Shown here: in pieces, positions 31,695-33,289 of the stretch
How the letters are laid out: each line of letters opens with the position of its first letter
Position numbering within the stretch: position 1 is the stretch's first letter
Program-made: the position numbers and the translations under genes
Assembly: GCA_021323815.1 (NCBI GenBank)
Contig: JAJPKG010000422.1
Coordinates: 1 to 33,289 of the forward strand
From: Pseudomonadota bacterium
Lineage (GTDB): Bacteria > Chloroflexota > Ktedonobacteria > Ktedonobacterales > JACDGC01
Direction of reading: 5' to 3'
Length of the DNA: 33,289 nucleotides
Notes under the pieces: model-generated
What the model saw: the letters and a program-made list of their open reading frames with translations, nothing else
What the model was told of the DNA's origin: nothing
Database searches by the model: none

Positions 31695-32261
31695 ATATCA
31701 ACGGACTATTCTTTGGCGATCGCTTCCTTTTCGTTGTGCTGGCGGGCGGTTGTTCCGGGGGATGACGATGGCCCACCTCTGAACGCTGCCGGTACGCTTT
31801 GTCGCAGGCATGAATGCTGCCGCTATGCCCCTCGCCCTCATCCTGCGAATTGGTGACGCCGTGCTAGCGGTTGTCTTTGTGTTTCTTTGTTCCTCCTGAC
31901 ATGCGCTTCCTCCTGAATAAGAGATTTCTTTCATGAACGCGCATACCCTATGCCGTCTCTTCGCAACGAGCATGGAGTGGGAAGCCTTACTCACAACTAC
32001 GCCACAATGTGGGGTACTCAGGAGCTTGCTTATCCAGGTCCTATATCCAGTGATGGATATAGCTTCGATAACTACTGGCGCGCATCGAATTAGCGGCTAA
32101 ATGCTAATGGCTCATATACTGGATCACATTTCTGAATAAGTTTGGAGCCAGTATATGATTTGGCACATAAAGCGAGTTCCTTCATGGAACAAAATTGCTC
32201 TTGCTAACGTCATGAACCGTAACCCTCAGGTTTTGCTGTCAAGGAACTTCAGGAGGCAGAT

Positions 32262-32888
32262 ATGAGCAAGCGAGCATTAACCGGCGGCATTATCGCTGTC
32301 ATGCTCATCACTACGTTCTTTGTCTGGTATTTTAGGGTGAACGGGCGGCCTTCTGCCAGCGAATCGCTCGTCATCCCCTCAGATTGGAAACATTTCAGTG
32401 ATCCTCATGGATATGTTTCTCTCCAGATCCCACCCACCTGGAATAGTAAAGTTACTGGCGGCTCCTCTTTTGGAGGCATACAAGGGAGCGATCAACTGAC
32501 ACTCATCTCTTATTTGCTCCAAGATGCACAGGCGAATGCTGGCGGCGATTATTCTGCAATACGTATCAAGCTATCGGTCGGGCCGTGGACTAGTGACGCA
32601 ATGCGTCGCTATATGTGTCAGCAGCATTTTCCTGACGCCCAGCCACGTCAAGTTGGAACGCTCATGGGTGAGGAGAGTAATAATGTTATTGATCTCCTCA
32701 CGCAGCGGGCCTATGTCCGCATTGCTTATACCTATCCCGGTGCGCCAGGGATAACAAGCTCTGGTGCGATGAAACTGGGAGAGGAGCCAACACCTGTCAG
32801 CGATGCAGAAAGGGCGGCGGGAAAGCATATCATCGATCTGATTCTGAGCAGCTTCCGAGCCATTCCGAATCAGTCGATGACCTGCTGA
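32262..32888 (+). CDS. Hypothetical membrane-anchored protein in an AT-richer island
   Basis: AGGAGG lies 5 nt upstream of ATG 32262. N-terminal TM helix GGIIAVMLITTFFVWYF followed by a soluble domain of about 170 aa. No recognisable family. Confidence 0.55.
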   Translation: MSKRALTGGIIAVMLITTFFVWYFRVNGRPSASESLVIPSDWKHFSDPHGYVSLQIPPTWNSKVTGGSSFGGIQGSDQLTLISYLLQDAQANAGGDYSAIRIKLSVGPWTSDAMRRYMCQQHFPDAQPRQVGTLMGEESNNVIDLLTQRAYVRIAYTYPGAPGITSSGAMKLGEEPTPVSDAERAAGKHIIDLILSSFRAIPNQSMTC

Positions 32889-32895
32889 TGAACGC

Positions 32896-33289
32896 CTAGG
32901 TCAGCCGCTGCCAGGCTTCGTGATGCGCATCGCCGCCCCATAGGATCGCCGCGAGGATCTCGGCGGATTCCACCAAGCGCGGGCCGGAGCGATTGAAATA
33001 GGCGTTGCCGTCGGCGAGAAAGACGCGATGGTTGCGCACGGCGGCGAGGTCCGCCCAGGCGGGATGCGCTTGCAGGATGGGAACATCTTGCCAGGTGCGC
33101 GCCAGCTCGAAGCCGCAGGGGGCGAGGACGATGACATCGGGATCGGCAGTGGCAAGCGCGTCCCATTCCAGCCAGGTCGAGTGCGCGCCAGTCTCGCCAA
33201 AGAGGTTGATGCCCCCGGCAATCTCGACCAGTTCCGGCGTCCAGTTGCCCGCGGCCATGAGCGGATCGAGCCATTCCAGCATGGCGACG
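32896..33289 (-). CDS. Periplasmic/solute-binding protein of the BtuF / Fe-siderophore (cobalamin-binding) class, C-terminal part (5' end outside the window)
   Basis: DPDVIVLAPCGFELART...VFLADGNAYFNRSGPRLVESAEILAAIL matches the C-terminal lobe of cobalamin-binding ABC substrate-binding proteins. The frame stays open to the window edge. Confidence 0.75.
   Translation of the reverse strand, partial: VAMLEWLDPLMAAGNWTPELVEIAGGINLFGETGAHSTWLEWDALATADPDVIVLAPCGFELARTWQDVPILQAHPAWADLAAVRNHRVFLADGNAYFNRSGPRLVESAEILAAILWGGDAHHEAWQRLT

Noticed and set aside
32112-32158. Perfect 11-bp inverted repeat TCATATACTGG / CCAGTATATGA separated by 25 nt, upstream of the 32262 gene. Also the 9-bp hairpin CTATATCCA-GTGA-TGGATATAG at 32040-32061.
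   Set aside because: These could be an operator or an RNA hairpin, but the expected chance frequency for such an inverted repeat with a flexible spacer is not negligible (order 0.1-1 per window), and there is no supporting second copy.
1-33289. Search for tRNA, rRNA, tmRNA, RNase P RNA, transposase, integrase and cas genes.
   Set aside because: I found no T-loop (GGTTCGAATCC-like) plus acceptor-stem arrangement, no GAGGAAAGTCCGGGC-type RNase P core, no tmRNA 5' end, and no DDE, tyrosine/serine recombinase or Cas-like ORFs by eye. This absence is by manual inspection only and should be confirmed with tRNAscan-SE, Infernal and ISEScan.

Overview
High-GC bacterial chromosomal segment. The gene content (FhaA/FHA/SEDS cluster, T-box-controlled thrS, PDS-type desaturase) suggests a Chloroflexota- or Terrabacteria-like lineage, but that is inference only. 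Most of the window is housekeeping or ordinary accessory genes: queA (partial), ppx/gppA-like, ribF, fhaA-like, a second FHA gene, a SEDS (FtsW/RodA) gene, glsB-like, an orphan ParA-like ATPase, a 951-aa double FtsX permease, an HD-GYP protein, a PDS-like desaturase, a DUF2085-like gene coupled to a YacP/NYN gene, a secreted LamG-like protein, vapBC, T-box-controlled thrS, a Hanks-type Ser/Thr kinase, rtcB, an ABC-2 exporter (ATPase plus two permeases) and a partial BtuF-like binding protein. I found no rRNA, tRNA, CRISPR array, transposase or integrase. The unusual content is in the non-coding DNA. (1) A self-contained promoter-to-terminator unit of about 250 nt sits directly against rtcB; it is a candidate undescribed attenuator leader, sRNA or 46-codon leader ORF. 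(2) A family of about 150-bp long-hairpin elements has arms carrying four CGAAG pentamers phased every 9-10 nt: 3 full and 2 half copies, one of them lodged between the thrS T-box terminator and the thrS start codon. (3) A roughly 50-bp double-hairpin REP-like family has 9 copies, one inserted in frame inside the ppx/gppA-like gene. (4) GTAGGGGC-type palindromic units occur at 3 loci. There are also several AT-richer single-gene islands: a truncated Bro-N gene next to the ParA-like gene, vapBC and two membrane proteins. Two SD-preceded mini-ORFs fall below the ORF-track length cutoff. Many long ORFs in the track are antisense or frame-shadow artefacts of the high GC content.
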